A stretch of DNA of 64,000 bases, from assembly GCA_964035545.1 (NCBI GenBank), contig OZ037766.1, positions 3,038,001-3,102,000 of the forward strand, in the 5' to 3' direction. The translations under genes and the position numbers were made by a program. The notes below the pieces were generated by a model. It made no database searches and was not told the origin of the DNA. It saw only the letters and a program-made list of their open reading frames with translations. Source of the stretch: Bugula neritina (lineage: Eukaryota > Animalia > Bryozoa). Below, piece after piece: positions 51,479 through 63,362 of the stretch; positions within the stretch are counted from its first letter, which is position 1, and each line of letters opens with the position of its first letter.

Positions 51479-53992
51479 AAAAAATAATTTCTTAAGGCAT
51501 CAAAGAGACCCCTGATATATTAAAAATATAAAGTAAATGTAAATTAATTCCCTCTCATTTCCCCAGAGTGTTTGTGCCCTCCAGCATGCAAGTAAATTAT
51601 TGTATTGTTGATAAATCTCTGTGAAAAACAATTTCTCATTTGTGCTAACCGGACATCAGGTTTTTATTTACAAAGAGAGAAAAGTTGCAAAACATATATG
51701 TGATTTTAAATGTCTAATATATGTTTATTAAGAGTATGCTTTTGGGAAACAACTCAAACACAATGTATTAAAACATACAGAACAATCATAAATTATAGTT
51801 AGCTCATATAGTGATGATATCAATAAATTAAGATTGAATTTAAAATGCAGTAAGTTACTCTAAGCTAGCATAACTAGCTCTTGCTTCATCTATATAATTT
51901 AAGATTTATACTTAGTATATTTTACACTTCAAATACAATTCAAGTAGTAAATTGTTTTAGGACCAGTTTAAGTTTTTAAAATTTAATTTGGAGTTATTCT
52001 ACCCTGTATTTCATAAACGGTTTATCTGCAGTTGAAAACAAAAAAGTAATAAAGTACACATTATTGTCTCCAAGTGTTATCAAATTTTGCTTGTAGCTAC
52101 CATGACCCATTGTTTGCCAACTTTCCAAATACTCTGTATATGATAGCCATAACCTTTCTCTCTGTGGGCTACGGAGACTTTGTGCCCCACACCCTTTGTG
52201 GTAGAGTTATATCTGTAGTTTCAGGGCTAATGGTGAGTCCAAAAGCTATATATTCCAATGATGTGTTCATTGATGAGCAAAAAGTGGATAACTCCATAAA
52301 TGTGCCTTCTTTTTAAAATAAAATGTTATATACATATATATTAAATTATTATGTAGTAAAATTTAGTAAAATGTCAAAATATAAGTTTCTAGAGTTTAAA
52401 AAAATTAACCAAAGTTTTAAATGACATGCCTCCAAATTTGAAACGCCAAATTTTTTGTCAATGAAAAATAAATTCATAAAATAATTTATAAAAAATGCTA
52501 AGAATATAAATTAATGTTACACATTTGCCAGTCATTTAATATATATGTTTTGACTGTTATAAACTGTTATTCTTTGCTATGCATAAGTTCTTTTTCATTA
52601 AATTAGCGGCCATTTGTATTTGCAATCCAATATTCAGAAAAATATATTTTTATTGCATATTTATATTTTGAAGGGTAGCGCTGCAGTAACTTCTTATGTT
52701 AACTCATGCAGCTATTAATATTGCAAAGGATTTCTACTGATTGTTGTTTTTCATACAGGGAGCTGGTTGCACCGCCCTAGTTGTGGCTGTTATTGCGAGG
52801 AAACTGGAGCTAACCAGAGCCGAAAAGCATGTGCACAACTTTATGATGGAAACACAGCTTAATAAAAAAGTTAGTTAAATTAAATTATTTCTTTCTCTGC
52901 TTTATGTCACTGGATTATTGTTATATGGATATTTTACAGATTATTATAGACAATTTCTAGCTTGTTTCGTTTTTTTTTAATATTATTCTTACAAGGTTTG
53001 ATTGCTATAAACTACGTATGTTAAGTTTTAAGTCCACAAATGAGTGCTTGATAGGACACTTGCTGGAGTTTTCAACCTAGCACACTGCATTTTGCTATAA
53101 GTATTATTACTATACTATCTTTCTAAGCAATAGAATGGTGTGTAGTTATTTTCTAACTTATTATTACACAGTAAATTATTGACCACCGAACGTCACAACA
53201 TTGCATCATCATGATTTACAAAATAAGTAGCATTTTTATCTAATGTTTTCGAGGCTTTGTATCTATAATATACTGTATTAAGACACACAATATTATATAT
53301 ACAAAGCAAATTAAACATCATGATTGTAAACAATGTTTATTGATAAATTAAATAAATTCATAATAGCATAATCGTATATAGCTACAATTGCATGGCTTCT
53401 GGCAGTTCACTGATATAAATTGCTTATATATTTCTGAAACTAAGTCTATCCTATACTTATATATACTAAATCAAATGTCATGAAAAACAAAGATTTAAAC
53501 TATATTTATGTTTGCATATCTATTCACACAAATGATAGTATCTTGAACTGCGTAACTCAAGAATGTAAAGAAGAAAAGCCAGAAGAAGTATAAAGATAGA
53601 CAATATGACAACATTGTTTTTTAATCTCTGTATAATATTAACAAATGGCCCTTACTAAGCAGTGTTTTCCTCCCAATACAGAGTCTGACACACTTTAGTA
53701 TATGTATCTGTTTCAGCTTCAAAACACAGCAGCAAATGTGTTGAGAGAGACCTGGCTCATCTACAAATATACTAAATTAGTGGGTGGCTCAGTCAATGTC
53801 CGCAGAATACGAAATCATCAAAGGAAGTTTCTCTCCGCTATTCAGAAGTAAGTTCTAAGAATTGTGTGCGTGCGTGCGTGCGAGTGTGCGCGTGTGTGCG
53901 CGTGTGTTGTGTGTGTGTGCGTGTGTGTGTTGCGTGTGTGTGTGTGTTGCGTGTGTGTGCGTGTGTGCGCGTGCGTGTGTGCCTGTGTGTGT

Positions 53993-54036
<44 letters not shown>

Positions 54037-57000
54037 GTGTGTGTGTGTGTTGTGTGTGTGTGTGTGTGTGAGTGAGTGTGTGTTGTGTGTGTTGTGCGTG
54101 TGTGTGTTGTGCGTGTGTGTGTGTGTGTGTGTGAGTGAGTGTGTGTTGTGTGTGTGTGTGTGTGTGTGAGTGAGTGTGTGTTGTGTGTGTTGTGCGTGTG
54201 TGTGTTGTGCGTGTGTGTGTGTGTGTACAATACCAGCTACACTGTCTATATAAACTACGTATAACTACACTGTATATAAACTAGGTATAGATACACTGTC
54301 TATATAAACTAGGTATAGATACACTGTCTATATAAACTAGGTATAGATACACTGTATATATAAACTAGGTATAGATACACTGTATATATAAACTAGGTAT
54401 AGATACACTGTCTATATAAACTAGGTATAGATACACTGTATATATGAACTACATTGTATCTTACAGGCTAAGAGTGGTGAAAATGAAATTAAGAAAGCTC
54501 AACGACCAGGCAAATAGTCTGATAGATTTTGCTAAAGTAAGTACTGACGTATAGTTTCCCAGCAGTTTACTCCCAAATTCCAAACAATGCTATTGTTGAC
54601 CTTTCCAACCTGGTTTTTGTTCAATTCGCTACGTACTGCCCAGCTTCTGTCACAATAGTAAAACAACTCCTTATTACCAGCATTTTATTTCCATTAGTGT
54701 CTTCCATGCATTAACTAATTTTAAAGTTCATTTCTAGCTAATTTGATCAACTTGGTGAATAACTTTATAAGTAATTTGAGTTCATAAATGATGGCAGAGC
54801 TAAAAATATTGTTGAGAGTTGAGAGTAAATTTATAAACCTTCAGTTATTTTACTGTACATCTAGCAAACGCAATTACAGTATAAATTGTGTAATGCCTCA
54901 ACAAATTTTCAGTTCTAATTCAAAGTAAAAAAACCTTTTTATTTTTGTTTGGATAGTTTCTGAAGGTATTAACTTCGTATTGTGGATTCTTATATATAGA
55001 AGGCCTCTGCTTAACTTTATTGTAATCTAAAAAAGTGTAGTGTTTTGTTAAAAAAGCATTATAGCAATATTGTGCTGTTTGGTGCATTTGGGGTTGTGCC
55101 CTCCATTTTTGTGAAACACTTCTAGAATGGTTTTAATGAAGCATTTTGGTAATAATTTTACTATAGCATCTTTAAAGACGTTGGAGCAATCAACATGCAT
55201 CAGGCGTCATACTTGACAGTTGCATTCTGGGAAGTAATCACAAGATAACATCTTAAATGTGTATTTACTAACACCAAATATAAATGTTGAAGATATTTTG
55301 AGTAACTACATTAGGAAAATTTTTCGTGTTTTGCTGGACTAACAAAAGCAAAACAAATCAATTGTATTGATGATTTTATACTGGTTAAATTATTTTTAAT
55401 GCAGCTAAAATTGAATGATATCAGGCAGTGATAAAATACAAGTGCTAAGGAACTAGAATAGTCTTAGCAAAAATTACAAACAAACAGTTGCCCTCGTTCT
55501 GCGTTAGCTATAAAAGCTGAGCTCACGGTTTCAAAGAGGGGTTGTTTTCAATTATAGACAGTAAAATATATCTGTAAAATTTTTGCCTATTTTAATTAAA
55601 TAACTACTTAATAATTAAATAGTTAGGTAAAAATGTTTAATGGGTGAAAGTTAAACAATTAATTCAATAAGTTCTAAATAAAAACAAATACCATAAAAGA
55701 GATTTGTGAGCTGTAACTTATTTTTACAGGCAAACTAACTTTTAATCAAATGTGATTTTAAAAGCATAATATTTTAGATTTAAATGCTAAAAGCACATTT
55801 TCTTAAATGAAAATATATCTAAAAAGATAAAGTAACGAAAAAAAATGCAACGGTAATCTCAAATTTAATTTTTTCTTAGAGAATTAATGACTTTACTAAA
55901 TTTAATAATAATTGTTGATAACAGTTAATGTATGACAGAAAATCTAAAAGGGCAGATAAGTTTATAAATTGAAGATTAGTTTCAGGAAAGCAGTGTAATG
56001 ACATTTGGTAAGACTTAGTTATTTTGGCCAACTGATTGTCATGCTACGTGACACAAAGACAGCAACTATTGATGTCGAATGAAAAAAAATCAACAAGTTT
56101 AAGGTGAACCAATTCTAATGAAAGGCTTGTGCTTATTTGCTCATAAAATGTTGTTCTTTCAGCCCCACATAGCTAATTTTACGGATTGCTCTACGGGTAT
56201 ACCTTCTTCAGTGATACAGGTTTGAAACACTCTACTCGTTGGTTGTTTAGCGAATGGTGTATCCTCACCTTTTCCTTGTCTTTTCTCTTTTAATCTCACG
56301 AGTTGTGTGAGTCTATAAATGATAGAAAACATTGCTGCGGGCCAGTTACGTTGCTTCGCACCAGTATTGTTGCTGTGGGTAAAGATTGAATTCAAAGCTG
56401 TTTTGTGTCTCAAAAATTACGAATTTTGTCAACAATAGCTGAATATGAACCGTTAAAGGTAGACAACTCTAAATGGTCTGCAGTAAATATTTTCTATCAA
56501 CAAACTGTTTTTATTATAAGTTTACAGAACTAACTAGCACTTGGGTGTTTTGGAAAACACATTAGTTTGCCGTGGGTAACCTTCCTTCGATATTGTACTC
56601 AGGTCCTAAACAACTGCATAAGGTTAAATCATATTTAAGAAAATAAGGTAAGACAACTACCAAAATTCGTTTATTTAAGAAAATATAAAATATTTAAAAC
56701 TTGCAGTTGTAAATATCGACCAAAACAACACAAAAGCTAAACAGCTAAACTTTTTGCGGGCATAGTGTAAGATGTTAAGCAAATTTAAAAGCTACGTTTT
56801 AACATACGCTGTGCAGTTGTTTTGGACTTGACTGAGAAAAGCTTAAGTCACCCCTCTCATCATTTGAGTTGCTAAATATAGCTATACCGTTGAATGTGGC
56901 AAAAATTCTAATCATAGGATATATTTCTACACACAATTGCACAATACCATGTAAGTTTTTCTACAGTAAAAAATAATGTGCATGTTTATTAGAAATCATT

Positions 57001-60000
57001 TGAAATTGCTTAAAATTCTGAAATATTTATGGTACTAGAAATCTTTTTAAGTCCTTTATTTTTATTCTCTAGATTGATACTAATGTGCTAGCATTGCTGT
57101 TTTCACTACTAACTTCACATGCCAACCTTGAGCATGAGCTAGAGTATACTAACACAAGACAAGCACTAGTAACCACTTTACCAGCAGTATTTTACGTACG
57201 TTCTTGTCAAATATGTAACTAAAACATGTATTAGATTTGTACAAACCTGCATCACATAAGCCGATGTGGCTATTAAGGACAAAGAATAAAAAGCAATTAT
57301 AAAACTAATAACTTCGTTAGAAACTTGTGCTATAACTTTTATTTGTCAACAATAAAGACACACTGTATGAAATCTAAAATTTAAATAAAAATGATTATTT
57401 TATAGTTTTAAAGTAAAGCTCCCACCTCATCATTCAGTATTAGCTTATGAACTGAATACGAGTTCAAGTAGTTGTATTACATTGAGGGCACAACTCCGAA
57501 GCTAGTGATATATTACCATTGAAGTATATACCGTGTAAAACCCCACGATGTCAGTGAACAGTGGACAACTCCAAAGTATTAACACAACCCGATTATTTTA
57601 AGCAAAAGAGCTGTTAAGTATAATCTATAGTCACAATATCTTGATGCTTGGAGTTCTAATGGCTATGGTTGGCTGACAACATGGTGTTTTGCACACAAGG
57701 GAACTTCACACTGAATAGAAATAGTAACAGTTGCTATTGTGTACATGCGTAGCTTGAATATAGTAGGTGATTGTGGAGGCTAGTAAATGTTGGAGTAAGC
57801 ATTCTGTACAGAAGTTTTGATCTAGAAGTTTATTTTGTTTGGTCCAAAGTCGTAGGAAACGTGTGTATATAAGCAGATCTTTATGCTTTGCATGTATTGA
57901 AGTGCGAACTGATTGGGCATGAACTTGATCTTGACCTTTGACCTAAGAATTCAACTCCTCACTTTTATTTGTGTGATTATCATTTCTAAGGCTTGTAAAA
58001 CTGAAAGACATAAGCTCAATATAATTTTATATAAAGAGTTTTCGACTAAATCTGCTACCAACACTAAATTACAGTGTACTGAGCTCACACTGGTTCTTTA
58101 AAAGAATGTAACTAAAAAGTGTAGTTAAAATAAAATTTTCAGCATATAATTCGTATCTCGTTACATTTATGCAGTATTAGAATATTTATTTACATCTTGA
58201 CCATCATCTGCAGACAATTTAAGAGTTGTCTGTTCAAACAGATGAACTTTATAATTAATAAATTTTGTGCACACATATCTTGAGCTAATGCCTGTTCATC
58301 TGCCGATGACATTACTATTGGCTCAGTGATACTAATTATTGCTGACTTTTACTGCATACTATTCTTAACTGTGGCAGCACTCAGGTTAATTGCTAAACTG
58401 GCTTAAATGTTTAGAACACAGGCTATACATGCTGTTAAGTAAGAAAATAAATGAAGCTACCCTGCTATAGATACTACGAATCAAGTTACTTCATTTTAAA
58501 TACTAAGCATCATGAGAAAAATGAAGAATAGCCTAATTTTGTTAAAGCAGGGTGTGAGTATACATTAATAACATATGATTAAATAATCTATAGTAAGTTG
58601 AGATCTATAAGTTAAATCTAACAGTGATGATCTAGTTTTATAAACAATATTTACTACCCTATGTATGAATGGGTACTATATTAATATAAACAGTCTAGCC
58701 ATGCAATACACATAATGGTGTTGTTTGAGAGCATTAGTATAGTATTATTAACCAGGTATATAGGTACAATACATATCCAGTTATTAAAGACAAAAATGCT
58801 GCCAAGTTAATCTATAAGAATTCAAACTGAATGAAAAGAAAATAAGTATAACATGATTTACTTGCAAGCTTAAATTAAATTAACTACATAGAACAACTTT
58901 GAAATTAGCATCAATTTACAAACTTTTTATTGCTTATAGGTACTCTCGGCAAAAACAAAATATTATAATTATATTAAAATATTAAAATAAAAAGCTCAGA
59001 ATAGTATAACTAAGTATTAGAATTGGGATTCCTTAGAGCAATTTGCTGCTGCCCTTAATATAACTTAAATTCTATAAAATACTGCAAGCAAGAATAAACT
59101 TTTAACATAAGGCTAGGTATAGTAACAGCTTCTGCTGAGATATATTTGTAGAATGTCTTATTGAAAGTATCTTGCTTAACTATTATCATCACCAAACAAG
59201 CACAAGTCCCAATTTATTTTAAGACACACACACAAAATTCAATGGCATACGGTCTTCAAATTATCTGTGGATGATGGCTAAGATATATTTAATACTGCCT
59301 GAATGTAGTGTGTTACAGATTTTTTAAGAAAACATCTGGTTTTAAAAATTTAAATGCTTTTTATGTGGCTAAAATGTATTCTTACTATTTGCATAGTAAT
59401 AATTTATTTTGTGTGCATTCACTAGCGGACTTCACAAGTCCATGACATAACGTCAAAAATGCTGACATACCAAGAAAACCAGGAAAAAAGAATCAACCAA
59501 TTAGAAGAAGTTCTCCAAAATTTAGAGGTAATTTATATGGATAGGGGAGGATAGAGCCCGTAGAGGTAGAGGGTAGCTGAAAAAGTATGTAAATCTGCAT
59601 CAAAGTTTTGCTGAATAATAATCTAACATGAAGATGCGTGCAATTTTATGGATTCCATTTTTTTTAAAAAGTTTTTCAGATGCTTAAGCTGTAGGTTAGA
59701 GCATTTTGCAGCCAGGGGAATTTCAAACTTTAATAAAATTGTAAAAAAGTGTAAAAATGTTGCTTTAATGGCTTATTTTCAGCATGTATACTGTTAAAAT
59801 ACAAATTTGATTATCAAAGAAGCAAAAAAGATGTAAAACAATCGAAAAAATACTTTTAGTTTGAAGGCTAATAAAATAAACAAATATGATTTGTTCTCTA
59901 GGAATTAATTGAAAAGTTTATTGGGTTTATTGATTAATATTATCTATCATTTAGTTTCGTTTTAATTATGCAAAATTATTGAAAATCAGTTTATTTTAAG

Positions 60001-60371
60001 GTTGATTAAATAAGAGTATAAGTGAGTTATAACTACCGAGTTTAATTTGAGTTTTCTAAATAAAAAATGGCAAAAATTTAGTTGAAGTTAAATTGAAAAT
60101 AATATTTTTTTGAAAGTTGAATCGCAGTTGAGGTAAATCTAAAAATAATACATGTAGGTTTTAATGTATCAGTTTATATGTTGTGTAACATAATATGTAT
60201 CAAAAAACAATGCTATTCATTTTATAGAAAAGAGTAGTAGATGTACCTAATCTAGTAATACAAGCCATGTTAGAAAAACAACTCCTTGTACCAAAAGCTG
60301 ACACACCTCCATCGGTGAACTCAGCCACACAGGTGGCTCCATCTGAGAACACCAACCTGCTGAGGTCGTGA
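40079..60371 (+). CDS. KCNN: Small-conductance calcium-activated potassium channel (SK/KCa2 family), about 861 aa, 9 coding exons
   Basis: Exons 40079-41455, 48204-48299, 49855-50273, 52097-52232, 52759-52869, 53717-53847, 54467-54536, 59426-59527, 60228-60371; 2586 nt, in frame. Motifs [47 protein letters not shown], pore [10 protein letters not shown], calmodulin-binding [45 protein letters not shown], then a coiled coil. An in-frame TGA lies just upstream of the ATG. Confidence 0.95.
43944..44225. repeat. Compound (TG)n/(TGTGTGC)n microsatellite
   Basis: Directly visible; KCNN intron 1; source of the CV/HT spurious ORFs. Confidence 0.97.
48063..48155 (-). mobile_element. Short tRNA-derived element (SINE family 2)
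   Basis: Reverse complement: TGGTGGGGTAATGGTTAG..GCTTGTAAAC..GGTTTGAATCCCAGTGGGGGCAAAAGTTTTATA. It shares its non-tRNA tail with 62348-62432. Confidence 0.65.
51425..51476. repeat. (TA)n microsatellite
   Basis: Directly visible. Confidence 0.95.
53863..54227. repeat. Compound (TG)n/(CGTG)n microsatellite
   Basis: Directly visible; begins 15 nt after the KCNN exon 6 donor. Confidence 0.97.
54236..54452. repeat. 28-bp minisatellite (TATATAAACTAGGTATAGATACACTGTM), about 8 copies
   Basis: Directly visible; ends just before the KCNN exon 7 acceptor. Confidence 0.92.
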
Positions 60372-61629
60372 AAAGACAACTCTCTTCAGGCTGAGGAGAA
60401 ATCTTTTAAAACCAAACACTTCAATCATACTTAATTAAAATGCAACATTTTAGATGCATTTTATACTATTGTGTAGATATCGCCAAAAATTAGATGACAT
60501 TGATTTATATGAAAACAAAGAAGTTGTGTGTATAACCTACCCAATTCTTTACTTTAACTAAAGATAAATAAAGGATAATTTTTTAAAAAAAATTCTGTAA
60601 TTTTTCTCCATGTTGAAAAACTATTTTTGAGGTCATTTTTATAATATATTGTTTTAGATAACCATTTTGGGATCTTTCTTATTATTTTACCAACTGTTAT
60701 ATCATAAGCTTTGCAGTTCTTTTCCCAATAACCTCAGTGCAAACATGTCAACACAGAGTTGCTAAATGTTTGCACTTTGCAATCCACAAAATGTTTTAAT
60801 ATTGACTTTTCTGGACCTATAATTGTTAGATTATGCAATAGGCTCTTGCTTGTAAACTAACAGGCAAGCCACTCATTATATTAGCTATCAAAATCACAAT
60901 TGTGTGTCATTTAAAATGGCCACATCATTGCTTTATGCCTTTAATTTATATATACAGTAAATGTACATGTATGTTGCATAATACTATAGATCTAGCCTTC
61001 ATTGTCAATGTAAAGATTATTCTTTCAAGGTATTTCAGAATAAAATAAATTATTGATAAAAAATAAAAACAAAATTCAGTCAATTTCATATTATCTCATC
61101 ATCTTGTGTAAAATCAGTTATAAAATTTTGTTATAAAGTTTAGTTGTATTATAGCTTGGTAGTATAACTTACTCTTTGACTATTACTTTGACACCCTTAC
61201 AACCACAAAGCTAATACTACACTGCGCTTAGTTTTAGAAAATCTAGAGGAGTGATGCAAAATTTTGTAATATAAGTTTTTCATGAATAATAAAATACTGC
61301 TTCAACAATATTATATAACCTCACTCAGACAGTAAGAAAATTCTGAGACAGAGCTCATCAAAATATTCTAGATAATAAACCTAAAGCGAGGCCTTGCTAG
61401 GTCCGGCTTGCAGGTGGTCCATGGTCTCAATGACTGGCCAGTCTACTGGCACTGTATATTTTATGCCAGTCAGACTATCTAAACTCTAGCATTACTCAGC
61501 TTATTTTAGTCATCAGACTATATAGACAGCAAAAAAAAACTCACCCAAGTTTATAGTCGCTATCCCTGTGAGAAACCCCTGATAGTAAGAGTTTTTGCTA
61601 GAACGGGCTTTAAGGACTTGTTTAAATAA

Positions 61630-61750
61630 GTCACAGGAGCAATTGTGACTGGATGCTCTTCCTAACATATCAATGGCCTTTGTGGGGTTCGAACCCACAA
61701 CTTCGTGTTCTCAAAGCAAACACTTTAACCCCTAGACCACGGCTGCTCCC
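61630..61750 (-). mobile_element. tRNA-derived SINE, family 1
   Basis: Reverse complement reads GGGAGCAGCCGTGGTCTAGGGGTTAA..GGTTCGAACCCC..GGCCATTGATATGTTAGGAAGAGCATCCAGTCACAATTGCTCCTG and aligns with 13838-13960. Confidence 0.78.
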
Positions 61751-62347
61751 AGCAAAAGGCAAGTGTTAAAAATGGTTTTTTTTTTACAAAAATACTACAT
61801 GTAGACAATGAAAGGCTATTATTTTGAAGTAATACTTGACGCGGTCATTGCTATTTAATCTGCTGCGTATTTTTATTCACAAAGTAATTACTTTCCGTTA
61901 TATTCTTATTACATAAAATTTATATTGCCAGCTTCATGAAAGCTTATACTGTTTGCTTAATGACAAAGATAACTTTATTTCAAACAGAAAAATTGCTTGC
62001 TATTAGCCTTATATACTTTGACCGTACCATAGTCCTCCTATAATATGTTGATTTTGAAAAAAGTTGAAAACTTTTATGATTTTCTAACTGGTTTTCATGA
62101 CTAAATATGAAAAGCACAACAGTTTATGGGAGAATTAGCTTTTACTTGACGATGTACACGTGCCTATATGTGAAAGCACCAATCATAGCAATATTATTGT
62201 GATGCAATGGGCTATTCTGTTATGTACTGTTATGTTATGTACTCAAATTTAAAAAAAGTTGAACATTTCTGTGGTTTTGCCATTTAAAAGAAACTGAAAT
62301 ACAATGAAAATATGAATGAGTGAGATGTAGTGTTGAGTTTACCCAAT

Positions 62348-62432
62348 GGCCCCTGTGGTGTGATGGTAGCGTCTGCTTGCAAGCCGGAAGTCCTGGGTTC
62401 GAATACCAGTTGGGGGGACAAAAGTTTTATAT
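62348..62432 (+). mobile_element. Short tRNA-derived element (SINE family 2; tRNA-Cys-like head)
   Basis: TGGTGTGATGGTAG A box, CTTGCAA anticodon-like loop, GGTTCGAATAC B box, imperfect stems, tail GGGGACAAAAGTTTTATA shared with 48063-48155. Confidence 0.65.
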
Positions 62433-62486
62433 CATTGTCTTTAATGTTAATATATAAACACTAGCACACTAGTATAATAGCATAAA

Positions 62487-62622
62487 GTTGTACTAGTTGT
62501 ACTAGTTGTACTAGTTGTACTAGTTGTACTAGTTGTACTAGTTGTACTAGTTGTACTATAGTTGTACTAGTTGTACTAGTTGTACTAGTTGTACTAGTTG
62601 TACTAGTTGTACTAGTTGTACT
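62487..62622. repeat. 9-bp repeat (GTTGTACTA), about 15 copies
   Basis: Directly visible. Confidence 0.95.
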
Positions 62623-63362
62623 ATTAAATGCTAAATTTTCATAGAGGCAAAATTGATTTCATCCCATCACAGTGAAGTGAAGTAAAGCTGTGACTGATGC
62701 ATTTATTTTAATGTCAAACAGAAGCATGAATATGTGACAACACAATTTAGAATTGGTTATGAATCAAAAGATTGTTATAAATATTATGCTTCTCGAATAT
62801 GTGTCACAAATATATGTATCAAAAATATATGTCAGGGGTAGGTTGAGTGAGTTGCAGCTGTACAAAACTACTTTGTAGTGACATTATTTGACAATTATCT
62901 AAAATTTTAACTCTTCACTTTCTCAAACTTTTTCAATTATGTCAGTATAACATGACATTCTTTAAATTACATCCAATTTTTTATTGTTCTGCAGAGAAGC
63001 TATAAATACATAAATAGTATCAGCTTGCGAACTTATGATTATAAAATCAAAAACATAACTACTAGTATTGAGTGAGACTGAAAACAATGTGTCTGCCCCA
63101 GACTGACAGGTGTTTCAAATTAAGCCTCTGCAGAAGACCAACTATAGGTTTACACAAACCAGTCTAAACTTATATTGTTATAAATAAAACTTCTTTCGAA
63201 TCATCGCAAGTATAACAATAGCATTTAGGTTAGAGTCCAAATGTACTTGTAAAAGAATTTGCACGTTTTCAGTGGCTTTCTGAAAATATTACAAAAATAA
63301 TTAACAAATGCAGGTTAGATATCTGTCATTGAAATGTCAATTTCCTCAGTTTTCACGTCTAG

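Noticed and set aside
56159-56413. Short antisense ORFs in KCNN introns (also 42612-42978) and the ORF at 23657-23986
   Set aside because: No recognisable motifs or consistent splice structure; probably chance ORFs or decayed transposons.
57932-57944. Perfect DR1 nuclear-receptor element TGACCTTTGACCT
   Set aside because: It is isolated in a KCNN intron far from the ACSL promoters, and this motif is frequent in invertebrate repeats.
62348-62420. Functional tRNA-Cys gene
   Set aside because: The acceptor, anticodon and T stems have mismatches, and it shares a non-tRNA tail with a second dispersed copy.
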